Origin: Eledone cirrhosa
Taxonomy: Eukaryota
DNA: 64,000 nucleotides
Reading direction: 5' to 3'
Assembly: GCA_964016885.1 (NCBI GenBank)
Contig: OZ024755.1
Span: 31,496,001-31,560,000 of the forward strand
In this document: positions 1-13,222 of the stretch, in pieces
Numbering within the stretch: the first letter of the stretch is position 1
How the letters are laid out: every line of letters starts with the position of its first letter
Notes under the pieces: generated by a model
The model's input: the letters and a program-made list of their open reading frames with translations, nothing else
The model's database searches: none
What the model was told of the DNA's origin: nothing
Program-made: the position numbers and the translations under genes

Positions 1-1706
1 TAGCAACCTTCTGAATGACTTGTACCCCATGTATGGGATGTGCAGCAACCTTCTGAAGGACTTGTACCCCATGTATGGGTTGTGTAGCAACCTTCTGAAG
101 GACTTGTACCCCATGTATGGGATGTGTAGCAACCTTCTGAAGAAATTGTACCCCATGTATGGGATGTGCAGCAACATTCTGAAGGACTTGTACCCCAAGA
201 ATGGGATATGTAGCAACCTTCTGAAGGACTTGTACCACATGTATGGGATGTGTAGCAACCTTCTGAAGAAATTGTACCCCATGTATGGGATGTGTAGCAA
301 CCTTCTGAAGAAATTGTACCCCATGTATGGGATGTGTAGCAACCTTCTGAAGGACTTGTACCCCATGTATGGGATGTGTAGCAACCTTCTGAATGACTTG
401 TACCCCATGTATGGGATGTGTAGCAACCTTCTGATAAAATTGTACCCCATGAATGGGATGTGTAGCAACCTTCTGAAACACTTGTACCCCATGTATGGGA
501 TGTGTAGCAACCTTCTGAAGAACTTGTACCCCATGTATGGGATATGTAGCAACCTTCTGAAGAACATGTACCCCATGTATGGGATGTGCAGCAACCTTCT
601 GAAGGACTTGTACCCCATGTATGGGATGTGCAGCAACCTTCTGAAGGACTTGTACCCCATGTATGGGATGTGCAGCAACCTTCTGAAGGACTTGTACCCC
701 ATGTATGGGATGTGTAGCAACCTTCTGAAGCACTTGTACCGCATGTATGGGATGTGTAGCAACCTTCTGAAGGACTTGTACCCCATGTATGGGATGTGCA
801 GCAACCTTCTGAAGGACTTGTACCCCATGTATGGGATGTGCAGCAACCTTCTGAAGGACTTGTACCCCATGTATGGGATGTGTAGCAACCTTCTGAAGAA
901 ATTGTACCCCATGTATGGGATGTGCAGCAACATTCTGAAGGACTTGTACCCCATGAATGGGATATGTAGCAACCTTCTGAAGGACTTGTACCCCATGTAT
1001 GGGATGTGTAGCAACCTTCTGAAGAAATTGTGCCCCATGTATGGGATGTGTAGCAACCTCCTGAAGGACTTGTACCCCATGTATGGGATGTGTAGCAACC
1101 TTCTGAAGCACTTGTACCCCATGTATGGGATATGTAGCAACCTTCTGAAGGACTTGTACCCCATGTATGGGATGTGTAGCAACCTTCTGAAGAAATTGTA
1201 CCCCATGTATGGGATGTGTAGCAACCTTCTGAAGCACTTGTACCCCATGTATGGGATGTGTAGCAACCTTCTGAAGGACTTGTACCCCATGTATGGGATG
1301 TGTAGCAACCTTCTGAAGGACTTGTACCCCATGTATGGGATGTGTAGCAACCTTCTGAAGCACTTGCACCCCATGTATGGGATGTGTAGCAACCTTCTGA
1401 AGGACTTGTACCCCATGTATGGGATGTGTAGCAATCTTCTGAAGGACTTGTACCCATGTATGGGATGTGTAGCAACCTTCTGAAGGACTTGTACCCCATG
1501 TATGGGATATGTAGCAACCTTCTGAAGGACTTGTACCCCATGTATGGGATGTGTAACAACCTTCTGAAGGACTTGTACCACATGTATGGGATGTGTAGTA
1601 ACCTTCTGAAGCACTTGTACCGCATGTATGGGATGTGTAGCAACCTTCTGAAGGACTTGTACCCCATGCATGGGATGTGTAGCAACCTTCTGAAGCACTT
1701 GTGCCC
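1..1706. repeat. 42-bp minisatellite, about 40 copies (runs off the window start)
   Basis: Unit gggatgtgtagcaaccttctgaaggacttgtaccccatgtat; the 487-aa ORF is its 14-codon translation. Confidence 0.97.
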
Positions 1707-1870
1707 CGACGTGTAGGCACCACGGAAAAAAAGCACCCAGCACTTACTGTAAATGAGATTGGTGTTAGGAAGGGCATCCAGCTGTAGAAATCAAGCCAGA
1801 ATCAGTTCCCGTAAGAGCAAGACAAGGTCAGCAAGCTTGGAAAATAGATGTAAAATAGTGATGATGATGG
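1707..1870 (+). mobile_element. 3' end of RTE-LINE/SINE (aggaagggcatccagctgtagaaa core, (tga)n tail)
   Basis: Matches the reverse complement of the 3' parts of the SINE at 31045-31632 and the LINE at 36836-37100. Confidence 0.85.
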
Positions 1871-2578
1871 TTTCTTAATGATGATTAAGGAAATTAAATT
1901 TATATAATATTGTGGTCTTCTAATGAGGAGGGGGCCTTGTGGTGTGTAGGGAGTTGTGTGCCAGGGGGGGGGTGTCTTGTAAGGAGTTGTGTGCAGAGGG
2001 GGGGGGGGTGCTGGGATTGAACAAAATGGCTGTTTGTGTTTGCCAGCATCCAAGATTATATTTTTATTCTTTAGGGATCAAAATTGTTTTTAAAGAAATT
2101 ATTAGGTTCTGGTGAAGACTTGAAACGATCATCTAGAAATAGTGTGGTTAAGGAGTTATAACTATGTGGCTCTGGATTCAATTCCTCAGTGCGCCACGTT
2201 GCCTCACATTGGTAGACGGAAATTACATCAAAGTATGATGATATAGACAGATATAAACAGTTCTCTAACATAGAACCAGAGCAAGAATTTCATTCTTTCT
2301 CTCTCCCTCTTATTTACACATGACACACAGCTGAAGAACAAAACAAATTTATTCATTAAACATTATATACATATCTAAATACAAATATGGATATTAGTCT
2401 CTTTTTTTAAAAGTATTTTTTAAGTTAAAAAAAATTTTTTTTTTAATTTCTAATGTTTTACAGACTAATTCTTGAAATAATGTGTTTTAAATGATATCTT
2501 CTGCCAGAGATGTAGAGAATATCACCAGGAGCTTCTGTGGAAAATTCCATTAGGAAAATGTGGCTTGTAATTTCACTA

Positions 2579-2641
2579 CTAGAGTGTGCGGTTAGTTAGA
2601 AGACCTTCGCAATCATTTAGTAAGTGCTCAACTCTATCTCT
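2579..2641 (-). CDS. LKAAEAR1: LKAAEAR1-like gene, last coding exon (RDRVEHLLNDCEGLLTNRTL*)
   Basis: ttgttttgcag acceptor, phase 0, 21 codons ending TAG; resembles the LKAAEAR1 C-terminus (RRRVETIL) as I recall it. Confidence 0.8.
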   Translation of the reverse strand, partial: RDRVEHLLNDCEGLLTNRTL

Positions 2642-3374
2642 CTGCAAAACAAGAGGAATTTTTGTCAGTTTATTAACTCTTAACATCCTGTAATGAATTA
2701 GCAGAAAATGTCTAAAAACAGGTTTGTTAATTCAAATGTCTATAGCATCTTTACTAGTGAACAGATTGTGAACATTTGAAATATTATAGTAAATACTTTA
2801 ATATCTAATGCGATGCAGTCAATATTGCTAAAAAATAATGTTGTGTGTGGTTAGTTGACTGTTAATATCCTGTAGTGATTAAGCAGAAAAAAATCTAAAA
2901 GTGAGTTTGCTATTTTAACCATTTTGTTATCATCGTCATCATCATCATTTTCCACTTTTCCAAGTTGAAATGGGTTGTACGGCATATTTTGAGAATGTTT
3001 TACAGCCAGATACCCTTTCTACCTGTTTTACTCACCACATATGACACACAGGAAGGAATACAGTGTACTTATTCTAAAAACTGTGTCTCACCCTTGCAAG
3101 CAGGGAAAAGCGGACGTAAAATGATGATGATGTGATAGAATTTTCAAACATTTTTTTTAAACAATAAAAAATTTGCAGAGATTTAGTAATATAACTTTCT
3201 CATTATAAGGCTGATATTTGGAATGTAACTAAACAAAGGCTCTAGTGAAAGGTGTTTAAATAAATGTTTAAATTTAAAACCAGTTTTGTATTGTAGAACC
3301 AGGGGCAGTTTCAGGGGGTTTCATAGCAAAATGGTTAAAACTTGAAATTAGAAATTGAAAAAAACTATTCTTAC

Positions 3375-3497
3375 ATCGACTTTGCTTAGAAGATCTTTCA
3401 TGTTTTCTTTGGTTTGTTTGGGCGGTACCAAGGCTTGAAGCCGGACAGCTTTCAAAGCAGTTTTTTGACAAGCTACGAGGTGACTAATTTCTTCTGA
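3375..3497 (-). CDS. LKAAEAR1: LKAAEAR1-like exon (SEEISHLVACQKTALKAVRLQALVPPKQTKENMKDLLSKVD)
   Basis: ttttgctag acceptor, gtaaga donor, 123 nt phase 0-0; resembles AEEIALLI..QKSARAAIRLELFLPP of LKAAEAR1. Confidence 0.88.
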
Positions 3498-3661
3498 CTA
3501 GCAAAACAAAACAAACAAAAATAGAAGCAAAACTTTAGTTTAAAATATTTCTACACACAAGACATCTTATTATGGTTAATATACACAGAAATACACATGC
3601 ACATACATATATATACACACATATAAATTACACAACAATCAAAGCTATGTTCAAATCATTT

Positions 3662-3714
3662 TATTGCTGACAATCGTTTCTTCCAAACTATCGTTTGGAA
3701 TCATCAGAGCAGTA
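3662..3714 (-). ncRNA. Type I hammerhead ribozyme motif (minimal stem III, Penelope-like)
   Basis: Minus strand: tactgct-CTGATGA-ttccaaac(gata)gtttggaa-GAAA-c-gatt-GTC-agcaata; perfect 8-bp stem II, GUC site, stem I 6/7 pairs. Confidence 0.8.
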
Positions 3715-4089
3715 GCAATGTTTGTACATATAATTAATCTCCTATTCAACAGAACAATCATAGATACATGGATAATAAAGTTGTCAAAAGTTTCGTATTT
3801 ACAAGGTGAAATGGGTGCGACATAGATTACAAGAGAATTGTACAATAATTAAAATTACAAATTAAAAATTAAATGCATACATAATATAACAATTAAAGAG
3901 GCATTAAGGTAGAAAGTTACTCGTAAAACGAGGACACTAACAGTACATATGCAAGCGTTAAGAGAGTGCAAGTGCATTAGTCATATATAGGGAGGAAACA
4001 AGCAATGGTATTAGGCATATATAATTTTTTGCAAGGCAAAGGTATCACATGAAATAAGCATATATATATATACACATACATATTTATAC

Positions 4090-5815
4090 AACAACCCACA
4101 GCTGCAATAGAAAGACTAAAATATAAGTGAACAGCACATAAACAGCAAGTGCTAAATAGATTATTTGCTAGAGATCCTAAATCAGTTTATCGTAGCTTCA
4201 ATGGGAAAAGCTCAATCTCTGTAAATGACACCCCCACAAAAGAACAGGTTGAGAGCTACTGGAGATCTGTATCAGAAACAAATGACGGATTTAACAAACA
4301 AACTATATCGCTTAAAGAACTGGAACAGGAATACTGCTAGCATATTCAGACAAAACAATATGACATAGATGGGTCAATACTGGAAACAGCCCTACAGAAA
4401 ATGTCGAATAGGAAATCACCAAGCCCAGACCTCATAATAGGATACTGGCTGAAGAATTTCACCTTCTATCAGCAAGATCTCATACGGCTATTTAGAGAAA
4501 CTATCAAAGACACACAAGAACTGCCCTAATGGTTATCAACTGCCACTACTCTCCTCATCCCCCAAAATAGCCAGACCACCCTTGCTGAAAATTACTGCCC
4601 AATAGCCTGCCAGAACTTCCTGTATAAATTATACACTGGGTGCCTTAATCTGTTCTTGCAAGATCAACATTATGACACCTGAGCAAACTGGTGGAAAGAA
4701 AGAGGTGTGGGGCTAACAAATAAAATGATACAGGAAAAAAACAGCAAATAATCGCAGGAACAAGACTGGTGTGGCTGGACTTTCAGAAGGCTTTTGGGTA
4801 GATTATTAAGGCTTTACAGTTAGCCAAAGTCCCACAACTACTAGTAACTGCTGTAGAATGCCTGACCAAGAACTGGTACACCAATTTGATCCTTAGGGGT
4901 GAGGAGCAAACTGAGACTGATACGATACACTACCAGAAAGGCATCTTTGAGGGTGATAGCTTATCAGTGTTGCTGTTCATCCTCTCACTAAATCCGCTGT
5001 CATACCTGCTCATAAAACAAAGTGGTCATAGAAGTGGCTCCAGAAGTATCTCCCATCTTTTCTTTGTTGATGACCTGAAGTTGTATGGGCCAAATATCAA
5101 CAATATTAAAACACAATTGGACCTCATTACACAATTTTCTGCAGACATCAGAATGAAATTTGGTGAGCCCAAATGTGCATATTTGAAAGTAAAATGTCAA
5201 ATATCCTATATTGCATAAATCTCTATGCAATATAGGAACAAGAAATCCCAACCAAATATCTACTACACAAAAGAGGAGAGCCATCAGTCGACAATAAATG
5301 TAGGCTTTGTAAAACAAAGATTGATGATGTTAGTCACATTGTTGCCAACTGTGAAAGAATGTTGTCTTGTTACAACCTCCCTATGAGACACGGTGTGATA
5401 GCTAGAACCATCTGGAACGCACTTAGGAAAACAAAATTGAAAACAAATCAGGAGGAATATGTTGAGATAGATGTCACTAAGGAATACTGGTGGAACCTGA
5501 AAATAAAAACTGCCACCAAATTAAAGCACAACTGGCCTGATATTGTTGTTTGGAACCACACATCTGTTGTAGAGATCAGCTGTTGTAGAGATCAACTATT
5601 GATGAGGATCCAGTATCCAGTATCCAAGATACACCTTCAGCTTCATACCCATCATTATTGGGGCTACAGGTTATATACCAACCCGCTTGGACCAAAGTAT
5701 GACTGAACTTCGATTTGTGGACAAAGAGCGCAGCTCCCTAATTCATAGACTACAAATGGTTGCGATAGCTGGCACCTTCAAAATATGCAAAACATTCTTG
5801 CAATTCAAGGAGTGA
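4090..5815 (+). pseudogene. Degenerate non-LTR retrotransposon with restriction-like endonuclease (R4/NeSL-type)
   Basis: Frameshifted RT motifs (GIFEGDSLS, HLFFVDDLKLY), CCHC knuckle (CRLC..HIVANC), RLE motif KHNWPDIVVW..VEIS. Confidence 0.82.
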
Positions 5816-6029
5816 CAATTTCTTTTCTTTTACAACCTTGCCACCAGGAAGGTGGCCTGTCAAAAATGTACTCAAAATTAAGAGAAAGAGAAACATGCCT
5901 ACATACACACACACACACATACATACACACATATACATACATACATACGTACATACACATACATATATACATACACACACATACATACATGCACATATAA
6001 TCATACATATATACATACATGCTTCAGGC

Positions 6030-8225
6030 TCGTGGAATTCTGCGACACATGACCTATTTATCTGTAACGCGAACTTCAAAAAATGAGACAGCCACCTAAT
6101 CACATATAGATCAGGTGAGTACGCCAGCCAAATAGATTTCATTCTCACTAGAAGACGAGACAGAGTGACTGTTAGGAACTCAAAGTCCCTCCCCAGTGAA
6201 GAATGCACCTCCGAACATAACTCAGTAGTTAGTGACCTTATAGTTAGGGCTAGCAGAAGCCAACCTGAAGGAGACGAGTATGGAAGTTAAAAGACCCATC
6301 GAACAGTGACAAATTTAGAAATATGTTGACTGATGCCTTTGATAATAAGGAAGAGCAAATAGTGACATAGGATATAGTGGAGCAATGGGAGTTCCTGAAA
6401 GATAACCTACTGAAGGTGACAGATGAAATCTATGGGTGGAGTAGGTCTATAGGGAGACGGAGAGTGACTTGGTGGTGGAATAGTAAAGTAGGTGAGACAT
6501 TTAAGGCTAAAAGACAGGCTTGGAAAGATTGGCGAAATGGGGGTAGCAGAGAATACTACCTGAAGACTAGGAGAGGAGCTAGGCGACAAGTATACAAGAA
6601 GGAAAGCTAGGTGACAAGTATACCTTGCAAGAAGGGAAGCAGAAGACAAACAATTTAAGCACGTTTTGCAGCATGAGGTGTTCATGATCGCTAGGCAGTG
6701 TCGGGGATTATTGTGATGTCAGTGAGAAGAAGTGTGTCAGAAATGATTTTGGCAAACCTGCTCTCACTGATGCTGAAAGGAAAGCATGGAAGTGCCGCTA
6801 TGAAAGATTACTGAATGAGGAGAATGCATGGGATGAAGATGGTTTGTCTTATGTCAACCCAACAGAGGGACTGGCTGTACCTGTTAGCAGGAGTGTAGTA
6901 AGTAAGGCTATCAAGGATATGAAATCAGGCAGAGCTACTGGCCCCACAGGGATAGTTGCTGAAAACTTTAGGTATGGTGGGACACACCATAGTCTCCCAC
7001 ATTGTAAACCAAGTCATACAAAATGGTGTCATACCCAATGGTGTAGCAGCAGCATCATAAACTGCTACAAGGGCAAAGGTGATGTTATAGATAGAGAAAA
7101 CTATAGAGGCAAGAGAAGTTCTTAGCTAAGAGGAAGCAACTATATCTAGCATACATCAATTTAGCAAAGACCTTTGAGAGGGTCCCAGAGTAAGAATTTG
7201 ATTTTCTAATATATAGATGAGGATGAATGGCTTGTGAGAGCAGTGCAAGTCATGTAGGGAGGAGCTGTCAGTAATGTGGGAGGAGCTGTCTGTAATGTGG
7301 GAGGAGCTGTCTGTAATGCGGGAGGAGCTGTCAGTAATGTGGGAGGAGCTGTCAGTAATGTGGGAGGAGCTAATGAGTTTAGTGACGAATTCAATATCCA
7401 GGTCGGAGCTTATTAGGGAAAATGCTTTGTTATGTTGTACATGTCAGAGGAGGTGCATTAGACTCTACAACAGCATGGAAACAGTTCTAGGAAGTGAGAG
7501 GTGGGCTAATATGGAGGGGAGTGTCATTGAAACTGAAGGGGAAAGTGTATGGTGGATGTGTGAGAAATGACATGATTTATGGAAGTGAGACATGGGTGAT
7601 GAATGCAGAGCAAGAGAGAAGGTTGGCTGGAGAGAATGGCCCTGTGGAGTATTGCAGAGAGAGAGGATGACTGACAATAAATTGTAGAGGATCATGGAAA
7701 TAGAATTGATGAATCTTGTGAAGAGAACAGACATGGCTAAATATGATGGAGACCAGATGGGTTGTACAGACTCCTTGTTTATATGTTCCATATTTTGGCA
7801 TGGTTTCTATAGCTGGATGCCGCTCTTGGTGCCAAACACCTTACAACATATACTGGGAACATTTTATAATTTGGTGAGAGAAGATAGGGTAAAACGGAGA
7901 AACTTGTGAGGTCCATTAAACTCCTGCTTTAGTAGGGATGTTCTGTTGTAAGTTGTTCATGAGGGCTCAGTCCTCAGCCTACTTCTGTTTATTATAGTTC
8001 TCTAGGCCATAACAAAGAAGTTTAAAACTAGTTGTCCATGGCAACTTCTGTATGCTGACAATTTGGTTCTTATAGCTTAATCTCTGGAAGATTTAGAGAA
8101 GAAATTCCATACATGGAAACATCTAGAATGAAAAGGGTTGAGAGTAAATGAAAGAAGACAAGACTCTGCTGATATCAGAGAAACAGCCTGATACACAGAA
8201 AAGGTAAGAATTCTGTATGGTGTAC
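6030..8225 (+). pseudogene. Decayed RTE-LINE fragments (EN to RT) with a 20-bp minisatellite at about 7258-7371
   Basis: ICNANFKK, RRVTWWWN, INCYKGKGD, CPWQLLYADN similarity to ORF 37149..40268; many stops and frameshifts. Confidence 0.85.
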
Positions 8226-8853
8226 TCAATTTAAAAGAAAGAGGGTAGACTTTGTGTATGACAGCTGAATAGTCAGTAGTAAAGGTATATCTCTGAACAC
8301 AATTGTTTAACATAAAATATTAGGAGTCAGGTGGTAGGATCATGTGACCAACAAGAGAGGGATTTTTAATATATCACCAATTGATAACTTTCTAAGATTG
8401 TTATGATGGAGATAGCTTAGACACATCTATAGATGAGATGGAAGTCTTGTTCGGGATGTACCCAGTTGGATGCCAAAGAGTTTTGATTGTGCAAACAGAA
8501 GAAAAACTGAATACATGAGTAGAGTGACGTATTGCCTATAATAAATTTTATTATAGCTGCAAAGCTATACAAGTGACTCTTGGGACAGGTGTATGGTGCT
8601 TAATGCACTAATTAAAAACTAAGATTGAATTTGAAGTTAATACAGCAACAGGGTTGAGCACTGAACCCCTGTCTCTATGAGTGACAGACCAGCACTCTTC
8701 CAACTTGGCCAGCATGAGAACAAAACTGGATAATTGAAATTTAATGGGGGGGGGGGGGGGGGGGGACATTTTATCTTTTTTTTTATAACAGTACAGAATG
8801 TGTAAATAATGATAGATTAATGCTAATTAATTTGATATTTGGATTAAGTTTAC

Positions 8854-8911
8854 CTTAGCAGCTTGGAAATGAATCCGCATTACACGCAGTCTTCCTCTAG
8901 CTTCAGCTGCT
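8854..8911 (-). CDS. LKAAEAR1: LKAAEAR1-like exon ((K)AAEARGRLRVMRIHFQAAK)
   Basis: tattgtag acceptor, gtaaac donor, 58 nt phase 2-0; joined to the upstream exon it spells the eponymous LKAAEAR motif. Confidence 0.9.
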
Positions 8912-9037
8912 CTACAATATAAAATATTAGAGGAGCAATGTGATGAAAGTTGGAATAAAGAAAAGTCATTGAGCAGGCTTCAGGAAATTGGAATTTCATA
9001 TCATCATCATTTTACATCCACTTTCTATGATGTGTAG

Positions 9038-12000
9038 GTTGAATGAGCTGTTACTGTCTGAGACCAGATGGGTTGAATGAGTTGTCACTGTCTGAGACCA
9101 GATGGGTTGAATGAGTTGTCACTGTCTGAGACCAGATGAGGTTGAATGAGCTGTCACTGTCTGAGACAAGATGGATTGAATGAGTTGTCACTGTCTGAGA
9201 CCAGATGGGTGGAATGAGCTGTCACTGTCTGAGACAAGATGGGTGGAATGAGCTATCACTGTCTGAGACCAGATGGGTTGAATGAGCTGTCACTGTCTGA
9301 GACAAGATGGGTGGAATGAGCTGTCACTATCTGAGACCAGATGGGTTGAATGAGTTGTCACTGTCTGAGACCAGATGGGTTGAATGAGTTGTCACTGTCT
9401 GAGACTAGATGGGTTGAATGAGCTGTCACTGTCTGAGACAAGATGGATTGAATGAGCTGTCACTCTCTGAGACAAGATGGGTGGAATGAGCTGTCACTCT
9501 CTGAGACCAGATGGGTTGAATGAGTTGTCACTGTCTGAGACTAGATGGGTTGAATGAGCTGTCACTGTCTGAGACAAGATGGGTGGAATGAGTTGTCACT
9601 ATCTGAGACCAGATGGGTGGAATGAGCTGTCACTGTCTGAGACCAGATGGGTTGAATGAGTTGTCACTGTCTGAGACCAGATGGGTTGAATGAGTTGTCA
9701 CTGTCTGAGACCAGATGGGTTGAATGAGTTGTCACTGTCTGAGACCAGATGGGTGGAATGAGTTGTCACTATCTGAGACCAGATGGGTGGAATGAGCTGT
9801 CACTGTCTGAGACCAGATGGGTTGAATGAGTTGTCACTGTCTGAGACCAGATGGGTGGAATGAGCTGTCACTGTCTGAGACCAGATGGGTGGAATGAGTT
9901 GTCACTATCTGAGACCAGATGGGTTGAATGAGTTGTCACTGTCTGAGACTAGATGGGTTGAATGAGTTGTCACTGTCTGAGACCAGATGGGTTGAATGAG
10001 TTGTCACTGTCTGAGACCAGATGGGTTGAATGAGTTGTCACTGTCTGAGACTAGATGGGTTGAATGAGTTGTCACTGTCTGAGACCAGATGGGTTGAATG
10101 AGTTGTCACTGTCTGAGACCAGATGGGTTGAATGAGCTGTCACTGTCTGAGACCAGATGGGTGGAATGAGTTGTCACTATCTGAGACCAGATGGGTTGAA
10201 TGAGTTGTCACTGTCTGAGACTAGATGGGTTGAATGAGTTGTCACTGTCTGAGACCAGATGGGTTGAATGAGTTGTCACTGTCTGAGACCAGATGGGTTG
10301 AATGAGTTGTCACTGTCTGAGACTAGATGGGTTGAATGAGTTGTCACTGTCTGAGACCAGATGGGTTGAATGAGTTGTCACTGTCTGAGACCAGATGGGT
10401 TGAATGAGTTGTCACTGTCTGAGACCAGATGGGTGGAATGAGTTGTCACTGTCTGAGACAAGATGGGTTGAATGAGTTGTCACTGTCTGAGACCAGATAG
10501 GTGGAATGAGTTGTCACTGTCTGAGACAAGATGGGTTGAATGAGTTGTCACTGTCTGAGACCAGATGGGTTGAATGAGTTGTCACTGTCTGAGACCAGAT
10601 GGGTTGAATGAGCTGTCACTGTCTGAGACCAGATGGGTTGAATGAGCTGTCACCGTCTGAGACAAGATGGATTGAATGAGTTGTCACTGTCTGAGACCAG
10701 ATGGGTTGAATGAGTTGTCACTGTCTGAGACCAGATGGGTTGAATGAGTTGTCACTGTCTGAGACAAGATGGGTTGAATGAGCTGTCACTGTCTGAGACA
10801 AGGTGGGTTGAATGAGCTGTCACCGTCTGAGACAAGATGGGTTGAATGAGCTGTCACTGTCTGAGACCAGATGGGTTGAATGAGCTGTCACCGTCTGAGA
10901 CAAGATGGATTGAATGAGTTGTCACTGTCTGAGACAAGATGGGTTGAATGAGCTGTCACTGTCTGAGACCAGATGGGTTGAATGAGTTGTCACTGTCTGA
11001 GACCAGATGGCTGGAATGAGTTGTCACTGTCTGAGACAAGATGGGTTGAATGAGCTGTCACTGTCTGAGACCAGATGGGTTGAATGAGCTGTCACCGTCT
11101 GAGACAAGATGGATTGAATGAGTTGTCACTGTCTGAGACCAGATGGGTTGAATGAGTTGTCACTGTCTGAGACCAGATGGGTTGAATGAGTTGTCACTGT
11201 CTGAGACAAGATGGGTTGAATGAGCTGTCACTGTCTGAGACAAGGTGGGTTGAATGAGCTGTCACCGTCTGAGACAAGATGGGTTGAATGAGCTGTCACT
11301 GTCTGAGACCAGATGGGTTGAATGAGCTGTCACCGTCTGAGACAAGATGGATTGAATGAGTTGTCACTGTCTGAGACAAGATGGGTTGAATGAGCTGTCA
11401 CTGTCTGAGACCAGATGGGTTGAATGAGTTGTCACTGTCTGAGACCAGATGGCTGGAATGAGTTGTCACTGTCTGAGACAAGATGGGTTGAATGAGCTGT
11501 CACTGTCTGAGACAAGGTGGGTTGAATGAGCTGTCACCGTCTGAGACAAGATGGGTTGAATGAGCTGTCACTGTCTGAGACCAGATGGGTTGAATGAGCT
11601 GTCACCGTCTGAGACAAGATGGATTGAATGAGTTGTCACTGTCTGAGACAAGATGGGTTGAATGAGCTGTCACCGTCTGAGACAAGATGGATTGAATGAG
11701 TTGTCACTGTCTGAGACCAGATGGGTTGAATGAGTTGTCACTGTCTGAGACCAGATGGGTTGAATGAGCTGTCACCGTCTGAGACAAGATGGGTTGAATG
11801 AGCTGTCACCGTCTGAGACAAGATGGGTTGAATGAGCTGTCACTGTCTGAGACCAGATGGGTTGAATGAGCTGTCACCGTCTGAGACAAGATGGATTGAA
11901 TGAGTTGTCACTGTCTGAGACAAGATGGGTTGAATGAGCTGTCACCGTCTGAGACAAGATGGATTGAATGAGTTGTCACTGTCTGAGACCAGATGGGTTG

Positions 12001-13222
12001 AATGAGTTGTCACTGTCTGAGACCAGATGGGTTGAATGAGCTGTCACCGTCTGAGACAAGATGGGTTGAATGAGCTGTCACCGTCTGAGACAAGATGGGT
12101 TGAATGAGCTGTCACCGTCTGAGACAAGATGGGTTGAATGAGCTGTCACTGTCTGAGACCAGATGGCTGGAATGAGTTGTCACTGTCTGAGACAAGATGG
12201 GTTGAATGAGCTGTCACTGTCTGAGACAAGATGGCTGGAATGAGTTGTCACTGTCTGAGACAAGATGGGTTGAATGAGCTGTCACTGTCTGAGACAAGAT
12301 GGCTGGAATGAGTTGTCACTGTCTGAGACAAGATGGGTTGAATGAGCTGTCACTGTCTGAAACCAGATGGGTTGAATAAGCTGTCACTATCTGAGACAAG
12401 ATGGGTTGAATGAGTTGTCACTGTCTGAGACCAGATGGGTTGAATAAGCTGTCACTGTCTGAGACAAGATGGGTTGAATGAGCTGTCACTGTCTGAGACA
12501 AGATGGCTGGAATGAGCTGTCACTGTCTGAGACAAGATGGGTGGAATGAGCTGTCACTGTCTGAGACCAGATGGGTGGAATGAGTTGTCACTGTCTGAAA
12601 CAAGATGGGTTGAATGAGTTGTCACTGTCTGAGACAAGATGGATTGAATGAGTTGTCACTGTCTGAGACCAGATGGGTTGAATAAGCTGTCACTGTCTGA
12701 GACCAGATGGGTTGAATAAGCTGTCACTGTCTGAGACAAGATGGGTTGAATGAGTTGTCACTGTCTGAGACCAGATGGGTTGAATAAGCTGTCACTGTCT
12801 GAGACAAGATGGGTTGAATGAGCTGTCACTGTCTGAGACCAGATGGGTGGAATGAGTTGTCACTGTCTGAGACCAGATGGGTTGAATGAGTTGTCACTGT
12901 CTGAGACCAGATGGGTTGAATGAGTTGTCACTGTCTGAGACCAGATGGGTTGAATGAGTTGTCACTGTCTGAGACAAGATGGGTTGAATGAGTTGTCACT
13001 GTCTGAGACCAGATGGGTTGAATGAGTTGTCACTGTCTGAGACCAGATGGGTTGAATGAGTTGTCACTGTCTGAGACCAGATGGGTTGAATGAGTTGTCA
13101 CTGTCTGAGACCAGATGAGGTTGAATGAGTTGTCACTGTCTGAGACAAGATGGGTTGAATGAGTTGTCACTGTCTGAGACCAGATGGGTTGAATGAGTTG
13201 TCACTGTCTGAGACCAGATGGG
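9038..13222. repeat. 34-bp minisatellite, about 120 copies, expanded inside a SINE/LINE 3' end
   Basis: Unit gggttgaatgagttgtcactgtctgagaccagat; (cat)n tail at about 9000 and ctatagctggatgcc core at 13271 flank it. Confidence 0.97.

Noticed and set aside
20-1483. 487-aa repetitive ORF
   Set aside because: Translation of a 42-bp minisatellite; frameshifts at about 1456 and runs into a SINE tail
1-13222. CRISPR-like appearance of the regular 34-42 bp repeats
   Set aside because: No unique spacers, no cas genes, eukaryotic context
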